Positions 13,647 through 29,062 of a DNA stretch of 64,000 nucleotides are shown piece by piece. The position numbers and the translations under genes were made by a program. Each line of letters begins with the position of its first letter. Within the stretch, counting starts at the first letter, position 1. Under the pieces are notes generated by a model that saw only the letters and a list, made by a program, of their open reading frames with translations, searched no databases and was not told the DNA's origin. This DNA comes from the human T2T-CHM13v2.0 reference genome, Homo sapiens. The stretch is from assembly GCF_009914755.1 (NCBI RefSeq), contig NC_060935.1, one strand, 5' to 3'.

Positions 13647-14665
13647 CTTAAAAATAAGTCTAAAGTATGTTCAGCTGAGCTCATTGAAAGTATAGTATCT
13701 CAATGTTGGGCAAAATAAATATCTTAATAAAACAAATTTATTTCTAACAAGTCTATACCTAATGAAAGTGGATGAACAAGAAGTCTTCCTAATTTTTATG
13801 CAAATATATACAAATAAAACCACATCATAACAAGTAGCACAGATGAACACTTAAGTAATACACAGTTTTGGTTGTGTATTTATGCTGCTTTCTTGAACAC
13901 ATCTATTATTTAATGATACATGAGTGTTCCTATGATATAACATAATGAAAAATGGACTTTCCTTATTGATCCTGTACTTATCAGCCTCCTATAATGCTAC
14001 CCCAGTGGACATTTCACTACTACAGAAATCCTATTTCAGTGCAAAGGCAATGATCGTTATGGGAAGTGGGAAAGAAACTGACATGGGCATAAGAAAAGTT
14101 ATAAAAGGGAGTGCATAGGTAGGCAGCAATAATTGAGGTTTAGCAACAATAGAAAGTTAGGAATGGCACAGGTAGAGTAGACCTGCTCAGAAATTCAAGG
14201 ATAACTAACTGTTTTGGTTGGAGAGACGAAGAAAGGGTGGGGTCCAATCAGTGAGCCAGTGGAAAAGGAAAGGGCAGTCATGATGGAGAAAATAATTGGT
14301 CATTACAGAGGCCATGTTCAGAGATTAGCTATGTCTTTATTTACATCTTCACAGACATCTTCCAGGTAGCACTAGGTGTTATAAGTAGTGTAACAGATTG
14401 TAAATCTTCACATTTATTATTGTCATAATTAACAAAGTAAAACATATTTCCTGGGGGAAAAATGCTTATGAAGAACTTCAGTACAAATATAGTAAACTAA
14501 ACCCAAGATCTTATCTTTGTTTTCTTCTAAACTCCACTAAAATTAAACTAAAGATAAAGCAATGATATAACTCTGTAATAGTAAAAACAGCAGAAGAGGA
14601 TAAGGTAGCAGAGTGCAATATTCAACACAAGTTTGAAAGAAAAAAAAAGCATAGTTAGCATTTAC

Positions 14666-14853
14666 CTTTTCTTGAATCTGCTGTGTGCAAGAAGGTAGAA
14701 AGCTACCACGAAATATTTTTTTTTCTGCTAAGTACAGAAAAATCCAGGAATTGAAGGGTTCAGTCATATTTCAATGCAAGTAAATATTATGAGATTGTAA
14801 ACAGAATATGTTGAAAATAAGAAGTTGTTGGAATACAGATCTCCTCTGCCGCC
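14666..14853 (-). pseudogene. SPG11-like exon (188 nt)
   Basis: ctgtttttcacccag|G...AAG|gtaaat. One frame reads ICIPTTSYFQHILFTIS*YLLALKYD*TLQFLDFSVLSRKKNISW*LSTFLH (~YCLEHSLQHLLYVYLDCYKLSPENCPFLEKKELHEAHPWFEFLV). Confidence 0.75.
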
Positions 14854-17817
14854 CTGGGTGAAAAACAGAGTTAATTCTCTCCAAGGTTATGATCAGACAG
14901 ACTAGGGACTAGGTAATGCCAGGTATCATGGAAAGCAACAGAGACAATACCTTATTGAAAACAGAGGCATTCATTGAAACTCTGAATAATAACTAGTGAT
15001 GCTAAACCACTTCCCCCATTCTAGTCTTGAATCTCAGGCTGCCAGCTTTTTAATATGTTTCTTAATCCCAGGTAGAAAATTGGAGGACTTCTGTCAAGTA
15101 AAAATACCTACAGATATATTTAGAAGTGATGCAATAAACAAGTCTCCACCCATTTATTCACTGTGAAGCCTACATGTCAAGAAGCATAGTCAAAGTATAA
15201 AGATATTACAATCACCTTTTAACAATTTTTAGCAGTTCAATCTTAACTATAAATAGATATTTTCTAAATTCTTCAAGAAAGCCACTAACCTAAAAGATGA
15301 AAGCTGAAGCAAACAGGAAAACGAATAAGAAAGAAACACAAAATATAGAAAGGTGGAGATAACTTCCAAAATCAACCAATATAGTTCCAGATAGATATCT
15401 TTAAATTAAAAAGAATATACTATTTTTAAGGGACACAAGTAAGAAGGAAGAACTAAAACTGAAAGTTATGAGAGCAAACCATAATAATCAATAGAGTGTT
15501 GGAAGACAAACTTCAAGAAATCTCCCAGGAAGCTTCCATCTCTTGATGGAAGCTAAATAAAAAAAGTAAAGGCTCAAGTTGAGAGGCCTATTATACAACT
15601 CAAATAAGAATTCCAGAAACAGAGAAGATATATAAACATATATATATATATTTCTTTTTTCATGAAAATGTTTCATTACTGAGACATATTCTTTAAGAAT
15701 AAAACAGCTACTGAAAACCCAACATATTAAATGAAAGAAAGATTACAGTAAGATGTGCTATTATGAAATTTCAGAATGCAAAGATCAAAAAGAAGATTCT
15801 AAAGATTTCTGAGCCACAAACAAAAGATTATATGCAACATATCAGTAACTATAAGGCCACTAGATTTCTCAACAACTAAAAACTGTATAGTGTTCAATAC
15901 CTACATCAAAAAGTCTGAAAGATCACAAATTGATGACCTAATGTCACACCTCAAGGAACTAGGGAAACAAGAACACACTAAGCCCAAAACTAGCAGAAGA
16001 AAATAACAAAGATCATAGCAGAACTAAATGAATTTGAAACAAAAATTACAAAAGATCAATGAAACAAAAATTAGACATTGGAAAAGACAAAGTTGATAGA
16101 CTATTAGCTAAATTAATCAAGAAGAGAGGATTCAAATAAGCCTGATTAGAAATGAAACTGAAGATATTACAATTGACACCACAAAAATACAAAAGTTCAT
16201 TTGAAATTACTATGAACACCTCTTTGCACAGGAATTAGAATATCTAGAAAAAATTAATAAATGCTGGAAGCCTACAGCCCTCCTAGATTAAATTTGGCAG
16301 AAATAGAAACCCTACATAGACCAATAAAAATCAGTGAGACTGAATTAGTAAGAAAGAAAAATTCCCAACAAAAAATGTTTAGGACCACACATATGCACAG
16401 CTGAATTCTACCAGACATCCGAAGAAGAATTGATACCTACCCTATTGAAACCATTCCAAAAGATTGAGAAAGAGAGTCCTCCCTAACTCATTCTATGAAG
16501 TCAGTGTCACCCTGATACCAAAACCAGGGAAGAATATAACAACAACAAAAAACCTACAGACTAATATCCCTGATAAACATACATGCAAAAACCCTCAACA
16601 AAATACTAGCTAACAAAATCAAATAGCATATCAGAAGGATACTATACCATTATTGAGTGAGTCTCATTCAAATGATGTAGGGGTGGTTTAACATATAAGA
16701 ATCAATAGAGGTTAGATTAAGATGGCAGATAGGAGGCAGGACTAGCTTGCCCCTCCTGCTCTGACAGACAGAGCAGTGTGTGGAGACTCACATCATGAAC
16801 TTTTGCTCCAAGAACTACCACAGGAATATACCAGGAAAGCTGAGAGAATCCACAGACCTTTCAAAGGAACTAGATGGCCCCTGCAGGCTCCCTGAGATGC
16901 CAGAAAACTGTGAGTCTGCTTGCTTTTGCAATGGGGAGGCCCATGGTCTGGGAAAAATTCTCAGCCCTGGTCAACAGCTGCCTGGAAATAGACTCAGTGC
17001 AGTTGTGGGAGGAAGCACAGTGGGAGTGAGGCCAGCCTTTTGAACTGTGGGCAGCATGGAAGCAGGGTAGTCCTGTGACTGCCTGCTTTCCCCCATTTCC
17101 CTGGCAACCTGTATGACTCCACAGAGGCAGCCATAATCTCCCTGAGAATGTAACTCCATTGAACTGGGAACCACAACCCTAAAGTCCACAGCAGCTGCAG
17201 CAAGCCCTGCCATAGGAGAGGCTGAGCTCAGACATACCTATCCCTGCCCCCACCTGGTGATCTTTCTCTACCTGCCCTAATAGCTGAAGACAAAGGTTAT
17301 AATTTCTCTGGAGTTCTGTGGCCCTGCCCACGACCTGAGAAACCTGAATACTTAACCAGGTGTCCCTAGGGTCTCCCTATAGGACCACAGCTGATGCATT
17401 CTTGCAAGCACAACCTCCTGGCTGGAGGTCAACCAACACAACACCAGTGCACTAAAAAAAATACAACCAAGGACCTCACAGTATCCACTTCACTCCTCTG
17501 CTACCTCCGCTGGAGCAGGTGCTACTATCCGTGGCTGCAAGACCTGAAGACAGATCACATCACAGGACTCTGAAGACACTCCCCAGTACCAGCCCAGAGC
17601 CCAGTAGCTCCACTGGGTGGCTAGATCCAGAAGAGCAGAAACAATCACTACAGTTCGGCTCTCAGGAAGCCCCATTCCTAGAAGGGGGAGAAACACCACA
17701 TCAAGGGAGCACACCATGGGGCAAAAGAATCTGAACAGCAGCCCTTGAATCCCAGATCTTCCCTCTGACATAGTCTACACTAATGAGAAGGAACCAGTAA
17801 AACAATTCTGGTAATAT

Positions 17818-18516
17818 TGTAACGCCTAAGATTCTTGCATAGCCACACCAAAGAATTGGTGTGGTGGCTGACCACGGCGAGTGATAGAGACACAGACTGA
17901 GGAGAGAAAAAGCTGTAGGCTTTATTGAGCAGAGTAAAAGTACAAAGCTTCCGCAGCACAGAAGGGGTCCTGAACAGGTAGCCAGAGTTAGATTATGTGA
18001 TTGCCTTTTAAACTCTTTAAGGTGGGAAACACCTGTGGTGAGAAGATGTTACCAGAGCGAAAAACGAAGGCAATTAACGATCTGTGACATGTCTTAGATC
18101 TTGAGGAAAACCGGAATTGCAACTTAGGTTTTATCTACTTTTTGACCTTGCAGTGGCAAGGCAAAAGAGACAGGACTTTACAAAGTATGTTCACAAGGAA
18201 TTGGAATTGGGAGGACAGATAAGGTCTGCTGATAACAGAAAAACAGGCAGTTAACATTCCTTTTAACTTTAGTTTTGGGAGATGGGGAAGGGAGAGAGGG
18301 AGAGGACACAGAGAAACTTACAGCAAAATTTTCGCTCTTTATAGCTTTCTTGGGGAAGAAAACATGCACAAATCCTGGTGCTAGGAATATTTTAAGCATA
18401 TATCTTCAATATTATTCATCCAGGACTGAAGTAAGTCCTGAGGCAGGAAATGAATGAGTTTCACAGCTTTCTGAGCCCCTACTCAACCCAGGAAGCCCAG
18501 CTGGCACCTCCTCTCA
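17818..18516 (-). mobile_element. ERV1 solo LTR, MER50-like
   Basis: TG...CA termini and 4-bp TSD ATAT. Minus strand starts TGAGAGGAGGTGCCAGCTGGGCTTCC. Confidence 0.8.
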
Positions 18517-20229
18517 ATATGACAAAACAAGGTTCTTTAACACTCCCAAAAGATTATACCAGCTCACCAGCAATGGATCCAAACCAAAATGAAATCTCTG
18601 AATTGCCAGAAAAATATTTCCAAAGGTTGATTATTAAGTGAATTAAGAAGGCACCAAAGAAAGGTGAAGTCCAACTTAAATAAATCAAAAACATGATACA
18701 AGATATTAAAGAAAAATTCTTCAGTGAAATAGAGAGATAAATAAAAAGCAGTTAAAAGTTCTGGAAGTCAAGGCCACACTTAGAGAAATGCAAAATGCAC
18801 TGGAAAGTTTCAGCCATAGAATTGAACAAGCAGAAGAAAGAATTTCAGAGCTAGAAGACAAGGCTTTCAAATTAACCCAATCCATAAAAGACAAAGAAAA
18901 AAATTGATTAACAAAGCTTTCAAGAAATTTAGTTCTATGTTAGAAGTCCAAACCTAAGAATAATTGGTGTTCCTGAGGAAGAAGAGAAATCTAAAAGTTT
19001 GGAAAACATATTTGAGTGAATAATCAAGGAAAACTTCCCTGGCCTTGCTAGAGATCCAGACACAAAATACAAGAAGCTCAGGAAATTCATTGCAAAAAAA
19101 AAATCATTGCCTAGGGAAATAGTCAAGACAAAGGAACAAATCTTAAGAGCTGTGAGGCAAAAGCATCAGGTAACCTGTAAAGGAAAACCTATCAGATTAA
19201 CAGCAGATTTCTCAGCAGAAAGCCTACAAGCTAGAAGGGATTGGGGTCCTATTTTTGGCCTAGTTAAATAAAACAATTATCAGCCAAGAATTTTGTATCC
19301 AGTGAAACTAACATTGAAGGAAACATACAGTCTCTTCCAGAGAAACAAATGCTGAGAGAATTTGCCACTACCAAGCCAGCAGTATAAGAACTGCTAAAAG
19401 GAGCTTTAAATCTTGAAACAAATCCTCAAAATACACCAAAATAGGATCTCTTTAAAGCATAAATCTCACAGGACCTATGTAACAATAACACAATGAAAAA
19501 ACACAAGGCATTCTGGCAACAAATAGCACAACAAATAAAATAGTACTTCACATCTCAATACTAACATTGAATGTAAATGACCTAAATTTACATTCACATG
19601 TAATTTTGTGAGCATTCACATCTCAATACTAACATTGAATGTAATGGCCTAAATGCTCCACTTAAAAGATATAGAATGGCAGAATGGATAAGAATTCACC
19701 AACCAAGTTTCTGCTGTCTTCAAGAGGCTCACCTAACATATAAGGACTCACACAAACTTAAGGTAAAGAGATGTAAAAAAAATATTCCATGCAAATGGAC
19801 ACCAGAAGCAAGCAGGAGTGGCTATTCTTATATCAGACAAAAAAAAACCTTAAAGCAACAGCAGTTAGAAAAGACAAAGAGGTACATTATATAATGATAA
19901 AAATACTATTTCAACAGAAAAATATCACAATTCTAAATACATATGCACCTAACACTGGAGCTCCAAAATTTATAAAACAATTACTACTAGACCTAAGAAA
20001 TGAGATAGACAGCAACACAATAATAGTAGAGGATTTTAATATTCCACTGACAGCACTAGACATGTCATCAAAACAGAAAGTCAACAAAGTAAAAGCGGGC
20101 TTAAACTATACCCTACAACAAATAGACTTAACAGATATTTACAGAACATTCTACCCAACAACTGCAGAATATACATTATATACATCAGCCCATGGAAAAT
20201 TCTCCAAGATAGAAAATACAATAGGTTAC

Positions 20230-20592
20230 TGTATTAGTCTGTTTTCACACGGCTGATAAAGACATACTCAAGACTGGGCAATTTACAAAAGAAAGAGATC
20301 TAATGGCCTTACAGTTCCATGCGGCTAGGGAGACCTCACAATCATGGTGGAAAGTGAAAAGCACGTCTCACATTGGGGCAGACAAGAGATGAGCACTTGT
20401 GTAGGGAAATTCCCATTTGTAAAACCATCAGATCTCATGAGACCCACTCACTATCATGAGAACAGCATGGGAAAGACTTGCCGCCATGATTAAATCACCT
20501 CCCACCAGTTCCCTCCCATGGAATGTGGGAATTGTGGGAGTTACAATTCAAGATGAGATTTGGGTGGGTGGGTACACAGCCAAACCATATCA
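20230..20592 (-). mobile_element. THE1 solo LTR inside L1 ORF2
   Basis: tgtattagtctgttttcac...cagccaaaccatatca; 5-bp TSD gttac/gccac. Confidence 0.9.
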
Positions 20593-23500
20593 GCCACAAA
20601 ACAAGTCTCAATAAATTTAAGAAAATTGAAATTACATCAAATACTCTCTCAGACCACAGTGGAATAAAATGGGAAATCAACTCCAAAAGGAATGCTCAAA
20701 ACCATGGAAATACATGGTAATTAAATAACCTGCTCCTGAATGCTCATTGGGTTAACAATGAAATTAATATAGAAGTTAAAAAAGTATTTGATGTGAATGA
20801 TAAAGTGACACAATATATCAAAACCCCTGGGATACAGCAAAAGTAGTATATACCAATCCTACTGACACTATTCCAAAAGATAGAGAAAGGAGAAATCCTC
20901 CTTAAGTCATTCAATGAAGCCAGTATTACCCTAATATGAAAACCAGGAAAGGACATAACAAAACAGGAAAACTACAGACCAATATCCCTGATGAACATGA
21001 ATGCTAAAATCCTCAAAAAAATGCTAGCTACTCAAATCCAATAAAATATAAAAAGATAATCCACCATGATCAAGTGGGTTATATGCCAAGGATGCAGGGA
21101 TGGTTTAATATATGTAAGTCAACAAATGTTTTACACCAAATAAACAGAATTAAAAACAAAAATCACATGATTATCTCAAGAGATGCAAAGAAAGCATTTG
21201 ACAAAATCCAGCACCCCTTTATCATTAAAACCGTCAGGAAAATCAGCATAGAAGGGACATACTTTAAGGTAATAAAAACCATCTAAACAAACTCACAGCG
21301 AACATTATACTGAATAAAGAAGAGTTGAAGGCATTTTCCCTGAGAACTGGAATAAGACAAGGATGACCACTTTCACCACTTCAATTCAACATAGTACTGG
21401 ATGTCCTAGCCAGAGCAATCAGACAAGAGAAAGAAATAAATGGCATCCAAATCAGTAAACAGGAAGTTAAACTGTTGCTGTTTGCTGATGATATAATTGT
21501 ATACCTAGAAAATCCTAAAGACTCAACCATAAAGCTCCTAGAACTGGTAAATGAATTCAGCAAAGTTTAAGGATACCAAATTAATGTACACAAATCAGTC
21601 GCTCTGCTGTACACTAATAGTGATCAAGCTGAGAATCAAATCAAGAACTGAACCCTTTTCATAATAGCTGAAAAAATACAAAATACTTAGGACTTTACCT
21701 AACCAAGGACATGAAAGACCTTTACAAGGAAAACTACAAAACACTGGTGAAAGAAATCATAGATGACACAAACAAATGGAAACACATCCCATTCTCATGG
21801 ATTGGAAGAATCAATATTGTGAAAATGGTCATACTGCCCAAAGCAGTATACAGATTCAATGCAATTCCCATCAAAATTCCACCATCATTCTTCACAAAAC
21901 TAGAAAAAAAAACCTATAATTTATCTGAAACAAAAAAAGTGCCTACATAGCCAAAGCAAAACTAAGCAAAAAGAATAAATCTGGAGGCATCACATTACCT
22001 GACTTCAAACTATACCATAAGGCCATAGTCATCAAAACAGCATGGTACTGGTATAAAAGTAGGCACATAGACCAATGGTACAGAATAGAGAACTCATAAA
22101 TAAAGCCAAATACTTACAGACAACTGATATTTGACAAAGTAGACAACAACATAAAGTGGGGAAAGAACATCCTATTCAACAAATTGTGCTGAGATAATTG
22201 GCAAGCCACATGGAAAAGAATGAAACTGGATCTTCATCTCTCAGTCTGTACAAAAATCAACTGACAATGGATCAAAGACTTAAACCTATGGCCTGAAACC
22301 CTAAAGATTCTAGAAGATAACATCAGGAAAAAACCCTTCTAGATATTGGTTTAGGCCAAGACTTCATGACCAAGAACCCAAAAGCAAATGCAACAAAAGC
22401 AAAGATAAAAAGATGGGACTTAATAAACTAAAAAGCTTCTGCACAGCAAAAGAAATAATCAGCAGAGTTAACAGACAACCCACAGAGTGGGAGAAAATCT
22501 TCACAATCTATACATCCGACAAAGGACTAACATCCAAAATTTACAAAGAACTCAAATCAACAAGAAAAAAACAAACATTTTCATCAAAAAGTGGACTAAG
22601 GACATTAATAGTCAATTCTCAAAAGAAGATATAGAAACGACCAACAAGCATATGGCAAAATGCTCAACATCACTAATGATCAGAGAAATGCAAATCAATA
22701 ACACAATGCGATACCACCACCTTACTCCTGCAAGAATAGCAATAATCAAAAAATAAAAAAAAAATAGATGTTGGTAGGGATGCATTGAAAAAGGAACACT
22801 TTTACACTGTTGGTGGGAATGTAAACTAGTACAACCACTATGGAAAACAGTGTGGAGAGTCCTTAAAGAACTAAAAGTAGATCTACCATTGGAACCAGCA
22901 ATACCACTACTAGGTATCTACCCAGAGGAAAAGAGGTCATTATACAAAAAAGATGTTAATACTTGCACACATTATTTATAGCAGAACAATTTTCAATGGT
23001 AAAAATATAGAACCAGCCTAAATGCCCATCAATCAATGAGTGAATAAAGAAAATGTGGTATATCTATACCATGGAACACTATTCAGCCATAAAAAGGAAT
23101 GAAATAATGGTATTCGCAGTTACCTGAATGAAATTTGAGAGTATTATTCTAAGTGAAGTAACTCAGGAATAGAAAACCAGACTTTGTATGTTCTCACTCA
23201 TACATGGGAGCTAAGCTATGAGATGCAAAGGTATAAGAATGATACACTGGACTTTAGGGACTCAGGGGAAGGTATGCGAGTTGGCAAGGGATACAAGACT
23301 ACACATTAGTTACAGTGTACACTGCTCAGGTGATGGGTGGATGAAAATCTCAGAAATCACCACTAAAGAACTTATCCATGTAACCAAGCACCACCTGTTT
23401 CCCAAAAACTTATTAAAATAAAAAATAAAATTTTAAAAAACATAAGTCAATAAATGTGATACATCACATTAACAGAATTAAAAACAAAAAACATATGATC

Positions 23501-25097
23501 ATTTCAATTAATGCAGAAAAAGCATTCAATGTGATTCAGCATCCCTTTGTGATAAAAACCCTCTACAAACTAGGCAAAGATGAGACTTACCTCAAGATAA
23601 TAAAAAGTCCTATATGGCATGGCATACCCACAGGCAATATTATACCGAATGGGGAAAAGTTGAATTCATTCCATATGATAACTGGAACAACAAAAGGATA
23701 CCAACTTTCACCACTTCTGTTCAGCATAATATGGGAAGTCTTAGCCAGAGCAACCAGGTAAGAGAAGAAAATTAAAAGCCACTAAATTGGAAAGGAGGAA
23801 GTCAAACTATCATTGTTCACCAATGTATATGATTATAAACTCCTAGATTTTATAAACAAATTCAGTAAAATCTCAGGTTACAAAATCAATATAAATAAAT
23901 CAGTAGCATTGCTATACACCAACAATAACCAAGCTGAGAATCAAATCAAGAACACAATCTCTTTTATAACTGTAAAAAAAATACTACAAATATGCTTAAC
24001 CAAGGAGGTGAGAAATCTGTACAAGGAGAATCACAAAACACCACTGAAAAAAATCATAGATGACTCAAACAAGTCGAAACACATTCCATGCTCAAGGATT
24101 GGAAGAATCAATATTGTGAAAATGACCATATTGCCCAAAGCGATCTACAGATACAATGCAATTCCCATCAAAATACCAACATCATTTTTCACAGTTAGAA
24201 AAAAAAATCCTAAAATTAATATGGAACCACAAAAGAGCCCAAAGAGTCAAAACGATCCTGAGCAAAAAGAAAATATCTAGAGGCATCATATTACCAGACT
24301 TCTAATTATACTACAAGGCTATAGTTACCAAAACAGCACAGTACTGGTATGAAAGTAGACACATAGACCAATGGAAGAGAATAGAGAACCCAGAAATGAA
24401 GCCAAATACTAACAACCAACTGTTCTTTGACAAAGCATACAAAAACATAAATTGGGGGAAAGAACACCCTATATATTAAATGGTGCTGGGAAAACTGGAT
24501 AGCCTTATACAGAAAAATGAAACTGGATCCTTATCTTTGACCTTATACAAAAATCAACTCAAGATGGATCAAAGACTTAAATCTAAGGCCTGAAACCATA
24601 AAAATTCTAGACAATAACCTAGGAAAAACTCTTCTGGACATTGGCCTAGGCAAATAATTTATAACTAAGATCCCCAAAGCAAATACACTTAAAGCAAAAA
24701 TAAATAAATGGTACCTAATTAAACTAAAAAGTTTCTGCACAGTAAAAGAAATAATCATCAAACAGACAACCCACAGAATGGGAGAAAATATTTGCAAATG
24801 ATGCATCTGACAAAGGACTGATATCCAGAATCTACAATGAACAAAAACAAATCAGCAAGGAAAAAATAAGTAATCCCTTTAAAGTGAGCAAATAACATGA
24901 ATAGACATTTCTAAAAAGAGGATATATAAATGGCCAACAAACATATGGAAAAAAACTCTCAACATCAGTAATCATCAAGGAAATAAAAATGAAACCACAA
25001 TGAGATACCAGCTTACTCTTGCAAGAATGGGCATTATTAAAAAGTAAAAAAAAAAAAAAAATACATGTTGGCATGGATGTTGTGAATAAATAAGTAA

Positions 25098-25458
<361 letters not shown>

Positions 25459-27459
25459 CATTTCTTAAAGAACTAAAAGTATACCTACTATTCCATCCAG
25501 CAATTCCACTACTGAGTATCTACCCAAAAGAAAATAAGTCATTATATCAAAAAGACACCTGCATGAGCATGTTTATTGCGGCACAATTCACAATTGCAAA
25601 GATATAGAACCAACCAAAGTGACTATCAACCAATCAGTCAATACAGAAAATGTGGTATATACGTACACATATACCGTGGAATACTAATCAGCCATAAGAA
25701 AGAATGAAATAATGTTTTTTGCAGCACCTTGATAGAGCTGGAGGCCATTATTCTAAGTGAGGTAATTCAGGAATGGAAAAGCAAATATTATATGTTCTCA
25801 CTTATAAGAAGGAGCTAAGTGATATAATGGACTTTGATGACTCAGAAGCAGGAGGGTGGGAAAGGAACGAAGAAAAAAAACTACATATTGAATACAATGT
25901 ATACTAATAGGGTGACAGGTACACTGAAATCTCAGACTTTACCGCTATACAATTCATCCATGTAACCAAAAACCATGTGTACCCCAAAAGCTATTGAAAT
26001 AAAAATATACTGTAAATACATATGTAGTATATAAATATAAAAATTAAAAACTGAAAGACACTTAAGTATTGACTTCCAAGTTCTAAAGGAAAATTATTTC
26101 AACACTCTGAAATTTCATTCCCAGCCAAACTATTGGTCAAATACAGAAGCACGATTACATTACCAAATAGAAATTGTTTTAAGATATTTACATCCTATGT
26201 GTTTTTTGACATAAAGCAAATAAATGATGTGCTTTACTAACACAATGCAGCAAACTAATAAATTGAAAGAAGAAAAATCAACTAACTATCTCAAATAGGA
26301 GATAATTTTTCTAAAAATCCAGGATAATGATATAAAGAAGTTCCAGGACAACAGCCATGAATAATCCCAACCAGTTTATAAGAATACAGGAAGAATTCCA
26401 AAAGATGACCACAAGAAAAAACATAAAACAGATAAGTTACTGTATCTGATCATTTAGAGAGAAGGCTTGTATGTCTATCATGGAATTTATGAAGATTAGA
26501 CTCATTAAAAGTTAAGAAGCAAACACAACAATTATTAGATTCAAGAAAAAATATGAGTAATAAAGGAAATGTAATCACAGTAAACTACACAGTTCAACAG
26601 TAAACTTACTATTTAGCTATAATAAAATCCTGAGCATTCAAAGTTTATTACATATATATATTGATAAAGTTGGTGGAGGAGGAAGTGTTTTTGATTGTTG
26701 GAGGAAATATAAGGAAGCTAAATCCTACTATGATATTATGAGAAGTCAATAATCAACAATAACAACAACAAAGTAAAGAAATAACAAGTTAAATAAATTA
26801 TATGGAAGTAACCACAAAGAAAAAGAGCTTAAAAAGTTGAAAGTGCCTGGATAAGGGGGTGAGAAAAGTGAATCTTTTTTAAATCTTTTCTGCTTACAGC
26901 ATTATTTAAAATTTCAAATTATAAAAGGTTGTAAATTGATAAAAATCAATGTTTAATTTACAAAAAAAAGTTGAAGATAGAAAAGAAAACATTATTTGTA
27001 ATTCCCTGCTCATTCATAACAGCAGTAAATATTTTGATATAAATCCTTTTGGTCAATTTTGTTCAATGTGTGGATGTTGTTATATATATATACAAAACAA
27101 CTTTATATATATATGTGTGTATAGATATATGTATATATATATGGAGAGAGAGAGAGACAAAGTGACAACAGTATACAATATATGTTTAAAATCAGAATAT
27201 TATGATACATTTTATATCATACAAATTTATTCTGCATTTGCATTGATTGCATATCCTTCCATTGCAGGATTTTCCAACAATTTATTTAATTGTCCGCTAT
27301 TTTTGGAAATGTGGGTCTCTTTCAATTACTCATTATAAACAACATTACTACAAATATCCTATTAGTTTTATGTTTGCAAATAATCTAGATACTTTCCTTA
27401 GAATTAAATTTCTACAATTTTCCAAAAATTATTATACTTGTTGGTTTATTGGCTCAAAG

Positions 27460-27750
27460 GGTATATGATATTATAAAATATATATTTATTCTGCATCTCT
27501 GTTCTCTAGCATACAACTCCTAAAATTCTTAGAATCTCAAAAGTGATGTCCTTTCATATGCTAATGAGTTTACTGGTGGCTAACAGCTCCTAGATAGCTT
27601 CAGGATGAGGATTGGTCAATGGAAAGACCTTGGCATGATTACAGGGTTGGGACTTTCAGCCTAACATCTGGGTAGGGGAGAGAGGATTAAAGGGTAAGTT
27701 GATCACCAATGCCAATTACTTTATCAATCATGCCTATGCAGTGAAGCCAT
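27460..27750. mobile_element. MER21-like LTR fragment
   Basis: ctcctagatagcttcaggatg...ggcatgattacagggttgggactttcagcc. Confidence 0.6.
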
Positions 27751-28344
27751 GTATAGAGCATCTTTGACATCAGTAACTCCATCTTAAAAATGACTTCACT
27801 TTATATTTCATAGAAACATGGTTTGTTTCTTCCTCTGAGGGTGTAAGCCAGTGTTTCTCTCTTTTTTTTCTATCATTACTCTCCCACGAAGCTTTTTTAG
27901 CCTTTTTATCCTAATCACCTCCTCGTGTAATTTTAATACCACAAACATTCTGTATATATGTATATATTTCATATATATATGAGATTTTTTAATGTGTAAA
28001 GCTTAGATATACGTATTTCATATATATACCTATGTATGTACATATGCATATACATATGAAATATGTATATCTATGCTTTACACATTAAAAGAATGAGATT
28101 CAATGCCCCAACCAATCTGTCAACCTCTTATGGGTTATATCACCCCTGTTGAGAATGTATGTTGTAAATATTCTTTGATTTTTTGTACATTACCAAATTC
28201 TCCTTTTGAAAGATGTTACCAATTTTAATTTTCATCATCAACATAAGGAGACATGTTTCCCCACCTCCCCAGAAAACATGGTGTTTGAAAATAAGTATGT
28301 AAATTTTCTTAAAATGAGAGTTTCTCAATGCAAATCTTAAAATT

Positions 28345-28720
28345 ACATTAGTTTGCTTGTAAACATTTCTTAGTAACAAATGCCAAGAGTAAAAATATTT
28401 ATTTGTTTCAGACTTTGTCCTACTATTATGAGACAATGGCTTATTTCAAACTTTCAAGCAATTTACATTTAGAAAGTATGCTTCTGTCACCATGGTTCCC
28501 ACTATAATTTAGGCTGTTTTTAAGTCAATTTGTCATTGATTCAACCAGAACAGTCAATTATATCCTGTACATCTTCAGTTCTCAAATTATTGACCTGGCC
28601 AAGTCAATTTGTAATTAGACAACTTCTAAAAAGTTATTTCTCTCTATGACTGTTATGCAGCTTTTGAACTTCTGAATTCTTCCAAACTTGGTGATTATCT
28701 TGGTCTGATACTGTTTTTAC
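28345..28720 (-). pseudogene. SPG11-like exon (3' end approximate)
   Basis: ttgctgtag|GTA. Reads NHQVWKNSEVQKLHNSHREK*LFRSCLITN*LGQVNNLRTEDVQDI (~QQNKWPLLTVDVINQNTSCNNYMRNEILDKLARNGVFLASELEDF). Confidence 0.7.
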
Positions 28721-28820
28721 CTACAGCAATTACATGTTATAGAAGTACATCTTGTCTTTGTAAAAGAATTGAAAGAATTGCTTAGAACACTTTAACACTG
28801 GACAGGGTTTGTTAGCCCAG

Positions 28821-28900
28821 TATTAGGTAAGAACCATATGAAACTGTCATTTTTGAAGTCAGATGATTAAATATTAACAATTCCATAGGATTCAATCTAA
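28821..28900. mobile_element. MADE2-like 80-bp mariner MITE
   Basis: Imperfect terminal inverted repeats tattaggtaagaaccatatgaaact...aattccataggattcaatctaa. Confidence 0.6.
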
Positions 28901-28974
28901 AAGTTTAGTCTTCTTTTAGGTACCTTAGAAAAGAAATGAATATTTATAAGGTATTGGGACTACTTATACCCTAC

Positions 28975-29062
28975 CACATGGACTTTAAATATTCTACTGA
29001 AATGTATAGTTTTTATAAAGAAGCAACAGTTAAGCTGACCTAGCCATAGAAGACTTGATATC
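28975..29062 (-). pseudogene. SPG11-like exon (88 nt)
   Basis: aaatag|GAT...GTG|gtaggg, phase 2->0, no stop. Reads ISSLLWLGQLNCCFFIKTIHFSRIFKVHV (~LNIILWIGEF). Confidence 0.7.

Larger units (their letters stand above)
16708..23438 (+). mobile_element. Near full-length L1PB (L1PBa-type 5'UTR, ORF1, ORF2 with internal deletion near 20847, 3'UTR, A tail)
   Basis: 5' gattaagatggcagataggaggcagg; endonuclease and RT fragments in the ORF track (19789-20256, 21074-21286, 21711-21950); heavily disrupted. Confidence 0.9.

Noticed and set aside
19676-24280. Endonuclease/RT ORFs as an active retroelement or novel RT system
   Set aside because: Ordinary fragmented L1 ORF2 with stops, a deletion and LTR insertions.
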